A DNA stretch of 64,000 nt, taken from contig JBKHIT010000006.1 of NCBI GenBank assembly GCA_046538485.1, positions 1-64,000 on the forward strand, written 5' to 3'. The translations under genes were made by a program, and so were the position numbers. Below are positions 19,267 to 29,158 of this stretch, in pieces. Within the stretch, counting starts at the first letter, position 1. Each line of letters starts with the position of its first letter. This stretch comes from Candidatus Brocadiia bacterium. Its GTDB lineage: Bacteria; Planctomycetota; Brocadiia; SM23-32. Under the pieces are notes generated by a model. The model had not been told where the DNA came from, searched no databases, and saw only the letters and a program-made list of their open reading frames with translations.

Positions 19267-20259
19267 TCACCCGCGGTTCTGCTCCCTCAAAGCATTGACC
19301 AATGCCATCATATCATCCGGCACAGGAGCTTCAAACTCTATCTCTTCTTCACGCGCCGGGTGGAATATCTTCAGACGCCGGGCATGGAGAGCCTGGCGGC
19401 TCAGAAGAGGCGATTCTGAGGGGTAATGCTCTTCGCCCGTAAGGTCGCTTAAATAAATATTCTCACGATACCCATACGCGCAATCGGAGACTATTGGATG
19501 TCCCACATGTTTCATATGGAGGCGTATCTGATGGGTGCGGCCCGAATGCGGCTTACATCTGACGATTGTAAAATCGCCGAGCCTCTGGACAACCTCATAC
19601 AATGTCGTCGCTTTTTTGCCCCGGTCATAACGGATTGCCATGCGCGTCCGGTCGCGTAGATGCTGTCCGATCGGCGCATCGATTACATCGCTGTCCAGTT
19701 CGACCACACCTTCACAAATTGCGATGTATTCTTTTTGCGTCTCCCGATGCTCAAACTGTTTTGCAATATCTTGGTGAATGCTTTCGTCTTTGATCATCAG
19801 GATCACGCCTGTAGTATCTCTGTCGAGGCGGTGCACGATTCCGGGGCGCAGATCGCCGCCAAACTCACTGAGATTCTCGCAATGGTAAGCCACCGCATTC
19901 ACCAATGTACCGGTTTGATGGCCGCGTGAAGGGTGTACGACCATATCCCATGGTTTGTTCACAACGATAATCCATTCATCTTCGTATATAATATCCAGAT
20001 CCATCTCCTCTGGTTCGATCACCTCCCCGACTTTCATCGGCACTTCTGCTTCGATCGTGTCCCCTCTGTGCGGCGTATACGATGCTTTCACGGGCTCCCC
20101 ATCGACCGTTATAAGCCCCTCATCAATTAATTTTTGAATAAATGTGCGCGAATATTCCGGGAATCTCGCCGCCAGAAAAGCATCGATCCGGTCTATATTG
20201 GGCGGGCGTTTCAACGTAAAATCGAATTTCTTTCTGACGATTCTTTCATCTTTCGTCAT
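19267..20259 (-). CDS. rluD: RluA-family pseudouridine synthase (RluD-like, S4 domain)
   Basis: S4 domain, RPGIVHRLDRDTTG, GRTHQIR, QALHA. Confidence 0.88.
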   Translation of the reverse strand: MTKDERIVRKKFDFTLKRPPNIDRIDAFLAARFPEYSRTFIQKLIDEGLITVDGEPVKASYTPHRGDTIEAEVPMKVGEVIEPEEMDLDIIYEDEWIIVVNKPWDMVVHPSRGHQTGTLVNAVAYHCENLSEFGGDLRPGIVHRLDRDTTGVILMIKDESIHQDIAKQFEHRETQKEYIAICEGVVELDSDVIDAPIGQHLRDRTRMAIRYDRGKKATTLYEVVQRLGDFTIVRCKPHSGRTHQIRLHMKHVGHPIVSDCAYGYRENIYLSDLTGEEHYPSESPLLSRQALHARRLKIFHPAREEEIEFEAPVPDDMMALVNALREQNRG

Positions 20260-20308
20260 AATCGATCTGGCCGATCTTTCTGTGGCTCACGAATCCAAGG
20301 GGGTGACG

Positions 20309-21418
20309 TTACACCACGGCCGTCCCTCCCGAGAGCAAACGGTCATAGAATTCAAGTGTGCGGTCAGCCACCCGTCGAATATTAAATTTCTCGCCCACGG
20401 CCCGTCTCGCGCCTTCCCCGATCCTTCTCGCTTTCTCAGGTTGACTCGCCAATTCCTGCATCGCTGATGCGAGACTTTCAACGTTGTCCTTTGGGACAAG
20501 TCGTCCAGTGCGACCGTCTTCTATCATCTCACAAGCAGTCCCTGTGTTGAACGCAATGACAGGTCTTCCATTCGCCATTGCGTCGAGGATGCTAAAGCCG
20601 GATACATCTACCTGAGCGCTCTGGATCACAATATCAAGTGCGTCCAGCACCTCATCGTACGATGAAAAATCCCGTGCGAACGTCAGGCATTCTTCCAGAT
20701 CTAACTCGCGACGCAATTTCCGCAGGTGTGGCAATTCCTCACCTTTGCCGGCAACCACAAAATGCCACCTTTGACCTTCTCCAACCGTTCGAGACGCTGC
20801 GCGAACAAAAAGTTCGTGTCCCCTCGCGTGTTCCACTGGGCCCACCGAACCAAGTACAACCGACCCACTGCTAAAAATAGGCCGCGTCTTTTCACCCGCA
20901 ACGGCATCAATGTCAATCCCGTTTGGAATCACCACAATCTTGCTCTTTTCTACCCGACATTCGTTCACAAGTTCCTCGCGAACATCCTCGCTGGTAGCGA
21001 TTATCCCTGAGACTTGCTCGGCAATCGACCGAAAAGCTCTGACCTTCCTCGGAGGAGCATGCATCGTCAAAACCACCGGCACATCAACCTGTTTTCCGAG
21101 TTGTTTCACGAGACGGGCCACCCGGACGGTCTGGGCATGGACAATCTGGGGATCGAATTTCCGGATTTCCTCCCCAAAACGCTCGCGTTCAGCACTGCGC
21201 ATTCGTAATTTTCCAAGACGCTCGAACGTTTGGGAAGGAATCCCCTTGTCTTTTAGAACTTCGAACATAGCCCCTGGCCCACCGAACACCGCAACGGTCA
21301 GATTGCGCCTTTGCAGTTCATTGGCCAGATGAACGACGTACTCGTTTGTCCCCCGAGCTTCCATCTCGGGAGCCACAAACAGTAGTCTGTCCGGATCGCC
21401 AGATTCGCGCTTTGCCAT
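20309..21418 (-). CDS. Glycosyltransferase family 4
   Basis: GT-B fold motifs IPNGID, SILDAMANGRPVIA. Confidence 0.85.
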   Translation of the reverse strand: MAKRESGDPDRLLFVAPEMEARGTNEYVVHLANELQRRNLTVAVFGGPGAMFEVLKDKGIPSQTFERLGKLRMRSAERERFGEEIRKFDPQIVHAQTVRVARLVKQLGKQVDVPVVLTMHAPPRKVRAFRSIAEQVSGIIATSEDVREELVNECRVEKSKIVVIPNGIDIDAVAGEKTRPIFSSGSVVLGSVGPVEHARGHELFVRAASRTVGEGQRWHFVVAGKGEELPHLRKLRRELDLEECLTFARDFSSYDEVLDALDIVIQSAQVDVSGFSILDAMANGRPVIAFNTGTACEMIEDGRTGRLVPKDNVESLASAMQELASQPEKARRIGEGARRAVGEKFNIRRVADRTLEFYDRLLSGGTAVV

Positions 21419-21721
21419 CCTATTGCCCTGATTTATACCGATATCGCTGATTGTTAGAATCCAAATGCATCCAAACCGCCATCATATAGCTTTTATTATA
21501 CGCCAAAGAAGCAATCCTCTCACATAAATGCCTTTCTCCTCTTTGTACGTAAACTTTCTTCTTTACTTCGAGCAGTTGAGATTGCAAACACAGCCAGATA
21601 CAGTTCAGCTGCATATCATTGAAACGCGGCGACGGTCGGTTGGATTGTACCTCCCTGAAAAGTTATCATATACGTTATCGTATAATCACTATGTTCGGGC
21701 GACAATATCTGTGGTGTAATT

Positions 21722-22333
21722 ATGGAACCGATGGACATCCAGGGTGTTATCTTTGATATGGACGGCACGCTTGTACAATCAAATCTTGATTTTCGCCATA
21801 TCCGTGAGGAAGCAGAGGTCCCTGTTGATACGCCCATCCTTGAATATGTCGCAAGCGCAGATTTCAAAACACAACAAAAAGTTCTGCAGGTCCTCGAAAA
21901 ACACGAAAAAAAAGCTGCATTGACCTGTGAACTTGTCCCCGAGGCCAAAGAAATATTGCATAAACTGAAATCCCGTGGTTACCCGCTGGGGCTACTGACG
22001 CGAAATTCTCGACATTCTGTAACTTGTGTAATTCAACGATTCGCTCTACAGTTTGACTGCTGGATTACCCGGGAGGACGCAGATCCTAAGCCTTCTCCTG
22101 AACCTGTCAGAAAAATCGCATCTATATTTAATCTCCGCACATCCCAGCTCCTTCTGATTGGAGACTACGTTTTCGATATCCAGGCCGGAAACGAAGCGGG
22201 TGCATTTACGGCGCTCTTGAAAAATCAACGCAATCGCGCTTTTGCTGAACAAGCCGACATCGTTCTGGAGACGCTGGGCGACTTGTTCGATTACCTGCCA
22301 GATCAATCCGTCGCTCCGGGAGAATTGCCATGA
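21722..22333 (+). CDS. HAD-family hydrolase
   Basis: FDMDGTL, LLTRN, KPSP, GDYVFDI. Confidence 0.9.
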   Translation: MEPMDIQGVIFDMDGTLVQSNLDFRHIREEAEVPVDTPILEYVASADFKTQQKVLQVLEKHEKKAALTCELVPEAKEILHKLKSRGYPLGLLTRNSRHSVTCVIQRFALQFDCWITREDADPKPSPEPVRKIASIFNLRTSQLLLIGDYVFDIQAGNEAGAFTALLKNQRNRAFAEQADIVLETLGDLFDYLPDQSVAPGELP

Positions 22334-23082
22334 TCTACAGTAAGAGGAAAGCCATTTTCGTGTGGCCGCTTTTGGCACTTCTTTTGTGCGCTCCTGCCTT
22401 CGGTGCAGCTGAAGATGAAAAGGCGGATACGCCTTTCGACGACCTCTCACCTGAACTGCAAAAAGTCCTCAAACAACTGGAACGCGCAAACAGTGATGTT
22501 AAATCACTTGTGGCTGATGTTAATTATAAACGTCAGATCCCGTTGCTCGACGAATCTGAGACATCCACGGGAAAACTTGAGTTTCTCAAACCGGATAAGA
22601 TACATCTTAAACTCGGCAAACCTCGCAACGAAGAAATCTATTCTGACGGCAAGAATTGGTGGGTTACTGATCACGACGAAAAACAGACGGAAATTTACGA
22701 TGCCGCCAGCAAAAACGCTGAATCACCGGAAGCTTCCTTTCTGACCTTCGGATATGGCGAAAGCCCCAGAAACCTTCTTGAGACCTATGTCATTTCGCTT
22801 AAAAACACAAAGCAGAGGGATAAAAGCACAAAAAAAGAAAATAATCTGAAAATCTACACCCTTCGGTTCGAGCCACGTGACAAAGATGCATCAACCCGGT
22901 TTGCAGCTATTGAGACGGAAATCCCCGGCGATTCCTGGTTGCCCCGAAACATTGTGCTGCACGAAAGCGATGGCGAAATTGTCCATCAGTTTCGGCTTCA
23001 TAACAGACGAACAAATGTGAAGCTAAAAGACAAAACATTCTCATATAAACCACCAAAAGGCTATACGATTCTTAGACCCTAA
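22330..23082 (+). CDS. lolA: LolA-like outer-membrane lipoprotein carrier
   Basis: Signal peptide, GKLEFLKP, IYSDGKNWW, FSYKPPKG C-terminus. Confidence 0.7.
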   Translation: MIYSKRKAIFVWPLLALLLCAPAFGAAEDEKADTPFDDLSPELQKVLKQLERANSDVKSLVADVNYKRQIPLLDESETSTGKLEFLKPDKIHLKLGKPRNEEIYSDGKNWWVTDHDEKQTEIYDAASKNAESPEASFLTFGYGESPRNLLETYVISLKNTKQRDKSTKKENNLKIYTLRFEPRDKDASTRFAAIETEIPGDSWLPRNIVLHESDGEIVHQFRLHNRRTNVKLKDKTFSYKPPKGYTILRP

Positions 23083-23121
23083 GACGAATTCTGTCCTGGC
23101 ATATGTGTGGGATAACGATTT

Positions 23122-23661
23122 ATGTTTACCTCTTTTTATCAGAGTCAGTATGGGCCGATGCGGCTTCGAGGAACACGTTCGGGTGTAATCAGCCTCGAAC
23201 TGCTCAAAGATACTGAACGGGAAATCGCTTCCGCGAAATCGACCGATCATGCCCATACTGCCCCGCTGAAAAAAGTGCGCCGTTTTCTGGATTCATATTT
23301 TGCAGGGTGCCCGGTCAAGATTCCCCTAAAATGGCTGGTTCCACAACCGCTGAACACTTTCGACACGCTCGTTTTGAGAAAACTTCAGGGTCTCCCATTC
23401 GGTGAGCTGACAACCTACAGCAAGTTGGCCGTGCGCTGCGGTTACCCCCGGGCTGGGCGTGCTGTCGGAAACGCACTTGCAAAAAATCGTTTGCCCGTTC
23501 TCATCCCATGCCATAGGGTTATTCGTTCAGATAGTAAGATCGGTGGCTTCAGGGCGGGAGCGAGGTGGAAAGAAAAGTTGCTGAGACACGAAGGGCATAT
23601 TGTGGAAAAAAGAAATGTCGCCAGCAATCTGGTCAGCCTCTTACGGACCCAGGATAAATAA
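23122..23661 (+). CDS. ogt: Methylated-DNA-protein cysteine methyltransferase
   Basis: RAVGNALAKN, IPCHRVI, KEKLLRHEG. Confidence 0.92.
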   Translation: MFTSFYQSQYGPMRLRGTRSGVISLELLKDTEREIASAKSTDHAHTAPLKKVRRFLDSYFAGCPVKIPLKWLVPQPLNTFDTLVLRKLQGLPFGELTTYSKLAVRCGYPRAGRAVGNALAKNRLPVLIPCHRVIRSDSKIGGFRAGARWKEKLLRHEGHIVEKRNVASNLVSLLRTQDK

Positions 23662-23986
23662 AACGGCTTATCCTTAAGATGTAGAGTGTATGATAAAGGT
23701 ACTTGATGGAGTTCCGCCCACCGAGCTGCATTAGCAGGGAATGTCCGCATACATTTTAGAAAAAGGCAATTACACGTTACCTTCGCACTTGTAAAATTGA
23801 TACAGCGGGCGCACAGTTATATCTCGGTTGTCGGATATAGTGCGCGATTCCTGAAGCCCCGACTTTTGGCCGAGAGTACCTGCGAACCATTGCTCAATGA
23901 ATTGTTATCGCCTGGTTTGACGTCCCGGCTCCAAATTGTCTGATAACTTCTGGGTAGCGAACACCGTAAAAATCGGGAGATCCAAA

Positions 23987-24526
23987 ATGAACGACAAAAC
24001 AGTTTGTGTCTACGCCGGTAGTTTCGACCCCCCAACAAACGGGCATATGTTCATGATTGAAAAAGGGACACAGCTTTTTGACAGCTTAATTGTTTCGATC
24101 GGGATAAACCCTAACAAAAATTACACATTTTCAGTTGATGAAAGAGTTGAAATGCTGCGCGAGTGCACCGAGCAATATACGTCAGTCTCTATCGATCATT
24201 TCGAGAACCTATTTCTGGTTGATTACGCGGAATCGGTCGGCGCGGACTATATCTTGCGGGGTATTCGCAGTCAGCAGGATTATGAATTTGAACGCGCCAT
24301 GCGCAATATTAACGAAGATATAAACTCAAGCATCACTACTATATTCATGATGCCACCCCGCGAAATCTGCGAGGTCAGCAGCAGCTTTGTCAAAGGGTTA
24401 ATGGGCCCTGAAGGCTGGGAGGATATCGTTCGTCCGTACGTCCCGGATGCGGTTTATAAACAGCTTCTGAAAACACCTGTCCGCTGGCATAAACAGACGG
24501 GTGGCCCCGAGACAGCCAGTGATTGA
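23987..24526 (+). CDS. coaD: Pantetheine-phosphate adenylyltransferase
   Basis: YAGSFDPPTNGH, ILRGIR, DYEFE, VSSSFVK. Confidence 0.95.
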   Translation: MNDKTVCVYAGSFDPPTNGHMFMIEKGTQLFDSLIVSIGINPNKNYTFSVDERVEMLRECTEQYTSVSIDHFENLFLVDYAESVGADYILRGIRSQQDYEFERAMRNINEDINSSITTIFMMPPREICEVSSSFVKGLMGPEGWEDIVRPYVPDAVYKQLLKTPVRWHKQTGGPETASD

Positions 24527-24567
24527 ACGAACGACCGGCAAAAGCAGGTGCCTCTCAGACGAGTTCC

Positions 24568-26313
24568 TCATTCGCCTGTCAGTTCGGGAAGCATCTCATT
24601 ATTAATCTCTTCAATCAACTTCAGATTTTCATCGGGATTGGCCGTCTGCAGGATTTTCTCCGCCAACTCTCTTGCTCTCTCATAGGTAATTGATCTTACC
24701 ACTTTTTTGATTTCTGTGAGAATTTGGGGCGGAGCCACACTGAGGCTATTCAACCCAAACCCAATAAGAAGAACCGTATAGACAACCACACTGGCCATTT
24801 CGCCGCACAGCCCGACAGGAATATCCTCAGCTTCCGCCGCTTTCACAGTATTTTTTATCAACCGAAGGACAGCGGGATGTTCCGGGCGATAGAGGTGTGC
24901 CACATGTTCATTTGCCCGGTCGACAGCCAGAGTGTACTGAATCAGATCATTTGTGCCGATGCTGAAGAAGTCGCAGTGAGGCGCAAGTATATCGGCGTTG
25001 ATAGCTGCGCTGGGTACTTCTATCATAATGCCCACTTCCATATCGCGATCGTATTCTTCACCTTTTTCCTCAAACTCTTCACGAACCTCTCCAAGCATTC
25101 TTTTAGCCTGCTGTAATTCTTGGAGTCCGCCCACAAGTGGAAACATAACTTTCACATTCCCCAACGCGCTTGCTTTTAAAATCGCACGGAGCTGGGTTTC
25201 GAGCAGTTCAGGGTGACTCAGGCAATATCGCAGCGAGCGCAGGCCCAAAAACGGATTTGGTTCCTCGGCAAGGCCCAGCTCACCATCGAACTTATCCGCC
25301 CCAAGATCGAGCGTCCTGATAATGAGGGGGCGGTCACCAAGGTGCCGAATGGCTTCGACATAAGCTTCAAAATGCTCATGCACCGACGGCGGTCCTTCAC
25401 GCGCAAGATACAGGAATTCCGTTCGATAAAGTCCGATCCCCTCAGCACCATATTCGACGGCTCTTTCTATTTCTTTCGGTGATTCAATATTGGCCATCAG
25501 CGTAATTCTGTGGTTATCGGGTGTTTCAGCCGGAAGGTCTTTGAATTCCTGCAGCAAAACTCTCCCGGATTGTTCTTCTTCATCCCGCCGTTCTTCATAC
25601 CGTTCGAGGGTTTCATCGTCCGGTTCAACAATGATGATCCCACGCCCCCCATCAACGATGACAAGATCACCTCCGCCCACCTCATTGGTAATTGATTCCA
25701 GACCAACAACTGCCGGAAGCCCTAGGGCTGATGCAATAATAGCAGTATGGCTCGTCGGGCCCCCTCCATCGGTCGCAAACGCCTTGACCCGCCCGGTGTC
25801 GAGCGTTGCGATCTGGCTCGGCCGCAGGTCGTGTGCAACAAGAATGACTTCTTGTTGGAGCGACGAAAGCTCTTCCTTTTTTTGCCCTAATAATTGACGC
25901 AATAACCGACGTTCAATATCGTCCAGATCCGCCACTCGTGGAGCAAGAAATGAGTCGTTCTCAAACAGCTTCCGCCAATGTCGCATAGTTCTTGCGACGG
26001 CAAACTCTGCGGTATAGTGTTTCTCATCAATCATCTCGAAAAACTCCTCGCGGAATGCTTCATCCCCGAGCATTCCGGCGTGCGCCACAAAAATCTCGGC
26101 GATTTTGGCACCTGCTTTCGATCCCACCTCGCCGGCCAAGTTATGTAGCTCTTCCAGAGCTTCGTCAAAGGCTTTTTCCAGGCGTTTAACTTCGCCGTCT
26201 GTCTCGTCAGGCGAAATAAAATGCTCCGGGATACGGACCCCTTCCGCTTCGAGCAAGAAAACCTGTCCTATGCTGATACCCGGAGAAACCGGGAGTCCCT
26301 GCCGTATGTCCAT
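24568..26313 (-). CDS. ptsI: PTS enzyme I
   Basis: GGPTSHTAI, GIGLYRTEF, RTLDLGADK, FFSIGTNDLIQY, CGEMA. Confidence 0.96.
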   Translation of the reverse strand: MDIRQGLPVSPGISIGQVFLLEAEGVRIPEHFISPDETDGEVKRLEKAFDEALEELHNLAGEVGSKAGAKIAEIFVAHAGMLGDEAFREEFFEMIDEKHYTAEFAVARTMRHWRKLFENDSFLAPRVADLDDIERRLLRQLLGQKKEELSSLQQEVILVAHDLRPSQIATLDTGRVKAFATDGGGPTSHTAIIASALGLPAVVGLESITNEVGGGDLVIVDGGRGIIIVEPDDETLERYEERRDEEEQSGRVLLQEFKDLPAETPDNHRITLMANIESPKEIERAVEYGAEGIGLYRTEFLYLAREGPPSVHEHFEAYVEAIRHLGDRPLIIRTLDLGADKFDGELGLAEEPNPFLGLRSLRYCLSHPELLETQLRAILKASALGNVKVMFPLVGGLQELQQAKRMLGEVREEFEEKGEEYDRDMEVGIMIEVPSAAINADILAPHCDFFSIGTNDLIQYTLAVDRANEHVAHLYRPEHPAVLRLIKNTVKAAEAEDIPVGLCGEMASVVVYTVLLIGFGLNSLSVAPPQILTEIKKVVRSITYERARELAEKILQTANPDENLKLIEEINNEMLPELTGE

Positions 26314-26316
26314 CCT

Positions 26317-26877
26317 TTAACCCCCCTTTTGGTTCGCTTCAGCCCCCATGGCTTCTTCGATATAGAACCGATATTTCACCAACTTCTCCAGTATCTTGTT
26401 CGCCTTATTGGCATCGGGCCCTTCCACATCAAAACCGACATCGCTGGTGGGCTCGATCCCAACCTCGTTGAGATCCGTAACATCTTCGCAATCGTATTTG
26501 TCGCCTTCAAAAACGACATGCACTTCCGAATCAAAACAAGAAACCAGCTTCATTAAGCGGTCGATATGACGATTAGAATCTTCAGGGGGATCAAGAGTAT
26601 CCTCGACAAAAAAGTCTTCTTCCACCACAAAGCTGAGAACTTCCAACGCCTGGCGCGCGTCGTCTCCCCGAGCTCTAATTTTGATTGCGGAGCCACACCG
26701 TCCCCCTAAACCCATCAAACCCATCACGCTTTTACCGGAAGCATTTTTACCTTCGATTTCCACTTCTATATCGCTGTCAAACACCTGCGCCAGTTCAGCA
26801 AACCGCTGAACAGGCCTCACGTGGAATCCGAGTGGGTTTTCGATTACAAGTTCTCTGCTGTATTCTTCTTGCTGCAT
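26317..26877 (-). CDS. ptsH: HPr with a second, degenerate HPr-like domain
   Basis: NPLGFHVRP (His15) and SGKSVMGLM (Ser46); C-terminal half aligns ungapped to N-terminal half. Confidence 0.85.
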   Translation of the reverse strand: MQQEEYSRELVIENPLGFHVRPVQRFAELAQVFDSDIEVEIEGKNASGKSVMGLMGLGGRCGSAIKIRARGDDARQALEVLSFVVEEDFFVEDTLDPPEDSNRHIDRLMKLVSCFDSEVHVVFEGDKYDCEDVTDLNEVGIEPTSDVGFDVEGPDANKANKILEKLVKYRFYIEEAMGAEANQKGG

Positions 26878-26951
26878 CGTTGTCCCGTACCGAAAGGGGC
26901 ATCCGCGTTTTAATTGATCCCAGCTGATGCGACACCGCACCTCGGGCAAGC

Positions 26952-27413
26952 CTATAGGCTCATTTCCTCCACTAAGTCAACCACTTCTTTGGCGGTATCA
27001 GCCTGCGCCAGAAACCGACGGAAGTCGCCTTTTTGCGTTAAGTTGCTGATTTCTTTCAAAACTTCGATGTACCTGTCAGCGTCTTCCTGAGGGCCGACCA
27101 CAAGGAATATCGCGTGGACTGGCAACCCATCTAATGAATGAAAATCCACTCCCTCTTCGCTCAGCCCCACACCCACCAGAGTTTTGTCAAATCCTTCGAC
27201 TCGAGCATGCGGAACAGCAATTTGGCGTCCTACCGCCGTTGTACCGAGAGACTCGCGTTTGATAATTGCCCGCAAAACAGGCTCGACTTGATCTTTTTTC
27301 AATTTTTCGGTCTCCGCCAGCTGAATGAGCATCTCGCGGACCGAATCGTCGCGTTCACGGGATTGCAAGCAAATAGCAACCTGTTCTTCAGAAATCAAAT
27401 CTGGGAGCTCCAT
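26952..27413 (-). CDS. PTS IIA component (Ntr/fructose type)
   Basis: RESLGTTAVG, AVPHAR, GVDFHSLDG. Confidence 0.9.
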   Translation of the reverse strand: MELPDLISEEQVAICLQSRERDDSVREMLIQLAETEKLKKDQVEPVLRAIIKRESLGTTAVGRQIAVPHARVEGFDKTLVGVGLSEEGVDFHSLDGLPVHAIFLVVGPQEDADRYIEVLKEISNLTQKGDFRRFLAQADTAKEVVDLVEEMSL

Positions 27414-27537
27414 TGATGCCTCAAAACCAAAAACCAGAACCGAATTCAGACACACGCTTCTATTCGACAGTGAATCGATCAAACTAATCTCGTAGCGCAC
27501 GGCTTCGTCAAACACTTCAGGGGGCCATGTTATGTAT

Positions 27538-27834
27538 TTAGCGACTTCTTTTTTCAATCAATTTATCGTGAAGGCGGGAAATTCTCCGTTCAAGTTTCGC
27601 AAAAGCCTTGTCTATCGACTCATACATATTGTGGCTACGAGCGTTGGTCACAAGAATATTCCTGTGGCACTTCGCGATCACTTCCACCTGCTCGCCACCG
27701 GAATCATTTTCCAGCGTAACCGTGACCGCCAGTATCTGGTCGTCCAGTCGTGGCAATCTGTCGACACGGTCCCGCACATGTTTTTCCATTGCATCCGTAA
27801 CGTCAACGTGTCGTCCGCTGATAGTAACATCCAC
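27538..27834 (-). CDS. hpf: Ribosome hibernation factor (short HPF/RaiA)
   Basis: ISGRHVDVT, MYESIDKAFAKLERR; start 27834 or 27849. Confidence 0.9.
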   Translation of the reverse strand: MDVTISGRHVDVTDAMEKHVRDRVDRLPRLDDQILAVTVTLENDSGGEQVEVIAKCHRNILVTNARSHNMYESIDKAFAKLERRISRLHDKLIEKRSR

Positions 27835-27911
27835 TTGCCGAGACCTCACTTTCCTGCTGGTGCGTCAGATGAGAAAATGCCGGTCAGCTGTTCTTTTGGA
27901 AACAGGCCGAC

Positions 27912-28769
27912 TTACTCTTCACTTCCTTTGCCCGCAACGGAAACGTCCTCTTCCGCCCCAAAATTTTGTTCCTCGACAACATCCAGATCCTCTTCTGGAA
28001 TCTGGACACCGGACACTCCCGTCCGATCCCGGTTCTTCTCCCAGGGGCGTTGCCGGGCCGAGGCCACCATTCCGGCCGTCATCGAAAACCGAAACGCTTC
28101 TTCAACTGTCATGTCAAGTTCCGTCACCTCATCTTGCGGAGTCAGTATTATAAACCCGGTCAGGGGCGTCGGCGACGTTGGGATGAACACCGCCACCAGA
28201 CTCTGCCCCGCAACTTTTTCGACGTCTTTCAATCCTTCGCCGGTCAGGAAACCAATTGTGTATAGCCCACGCCGCGGGTATTGCACCGCCACCACATGAC
28301 GGAATCCCACACGCTGATGCGAACCAAACAACAAATCGGCCACCTGGCGCGCATACGGATATATAGCCTTGATAACCGGAAACCGCTCGAAAAAACTATC
28401 CACACCACGCAAAATGCGGTACCCGATATATCCCCGCAAAAAGAGACCAATTACGTACACAATCACCAGAGCCCCGACGAAACCTACAAGAGTGCCAACA
28501 AACGCCGGAAAATGCTGGCGGGCATGCTTCTTACGGCTTTCCAGATCATCAACTGTTTCCGCATCGGCCTGGGGGAAAACGAATTCAAACAGACCTTCAT
28601 TTCTCACCACAGCCGTGCGGAGAACACCATTAACCTTCTGGCCGATAGTCCGATCCAACTGTCCATACAACCACGTCAATAAAAAAATCGTGATCAGAAT
28701 GGGAAACAGCGCCGCCAGACCAGTTAAAATTGTCGACTTGAAGCTGCTTGTGAGTTTTTTTGCAGGCAT
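27912..28769 (-). CDS. DUF502 membrane protein
   Basis: LTGL..LFP, QYPRRG, VFIPTSPTPLTG. Confidence 0.9.
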   Translation of the reverse strand: MPAKKLTSSFKSTILTGLAALFPILITIFLLTWLYGQLDRTIGQKVNGVLRTAVVRNEGLFEFVFPQADAETVDDLESRKKHARQHFPAFVGTLVGFVGALVIVYVIGLFLRGYIGYRILRGVDSFFERFPVIKAIYPYARQVADLLFGSHQRVGFRHVVAVQYPRRGLYTIGFLTGEGLKDVEKVAGQSLVAVFIPTSPTPLTGFIILTPQDEVTELDMTVEEAFRFSMTAGMVASARQRPWEKNRDRTGVSGVQIPEEDLDVVEEQNFGAEEDVSVAGKGSEE

Positions 28770-28837
28770 CGATCTGATTCTACACACCGCTTACCCAAAA
28801 AGCACTTGCGGCACAAGGTCGCTCTCGCAAATGTTGT

Positions 28838-28866
28838 ATTCTATCGGCCCCGACTTGTAACGTCAA
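28838..28866 (-). promoter_or_regulatory. Sigma70-type promoter for the DUF502-hpf-PTS operon
   Basis: Minus strand TTGACG-17 nt-TAGAAT. Confidence 0.6.
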
Positions 28867-29158
28867 GCATTACCCATGTTTTGTGGGTCGATTGTGCCTT
28901 CTAGCCCGGATTTTACGGATAACTGGACGCCCTTTTTGTCAAGTCAGGGCAGAATCTTTATTGGACACCGTTCACAACCCTTCTCAGCCAAGAATCCGAG
29001 CTTAAAAAACGGCCCATAAATCTGACAACTTAAAATCAGTGATCAGCAACGAGGCAAACGCCACGTTGAGAAACGATTGGCTTTAACTGCTTTTTCACAA
29101 GGAAGATGCAGGTTAGCCCGCCAACAAACGGGGTCTTACACCCTTAATTCGCCCCTGC

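Noticed and set aside
23705..23752. GATGGAGTTCCGCC resembling the 5' half of a fluoride riboswitch upstream of coaD
   Set aside because: The required 3' pseudoknot strand (TGATGACTCCTAC-like) is absent.
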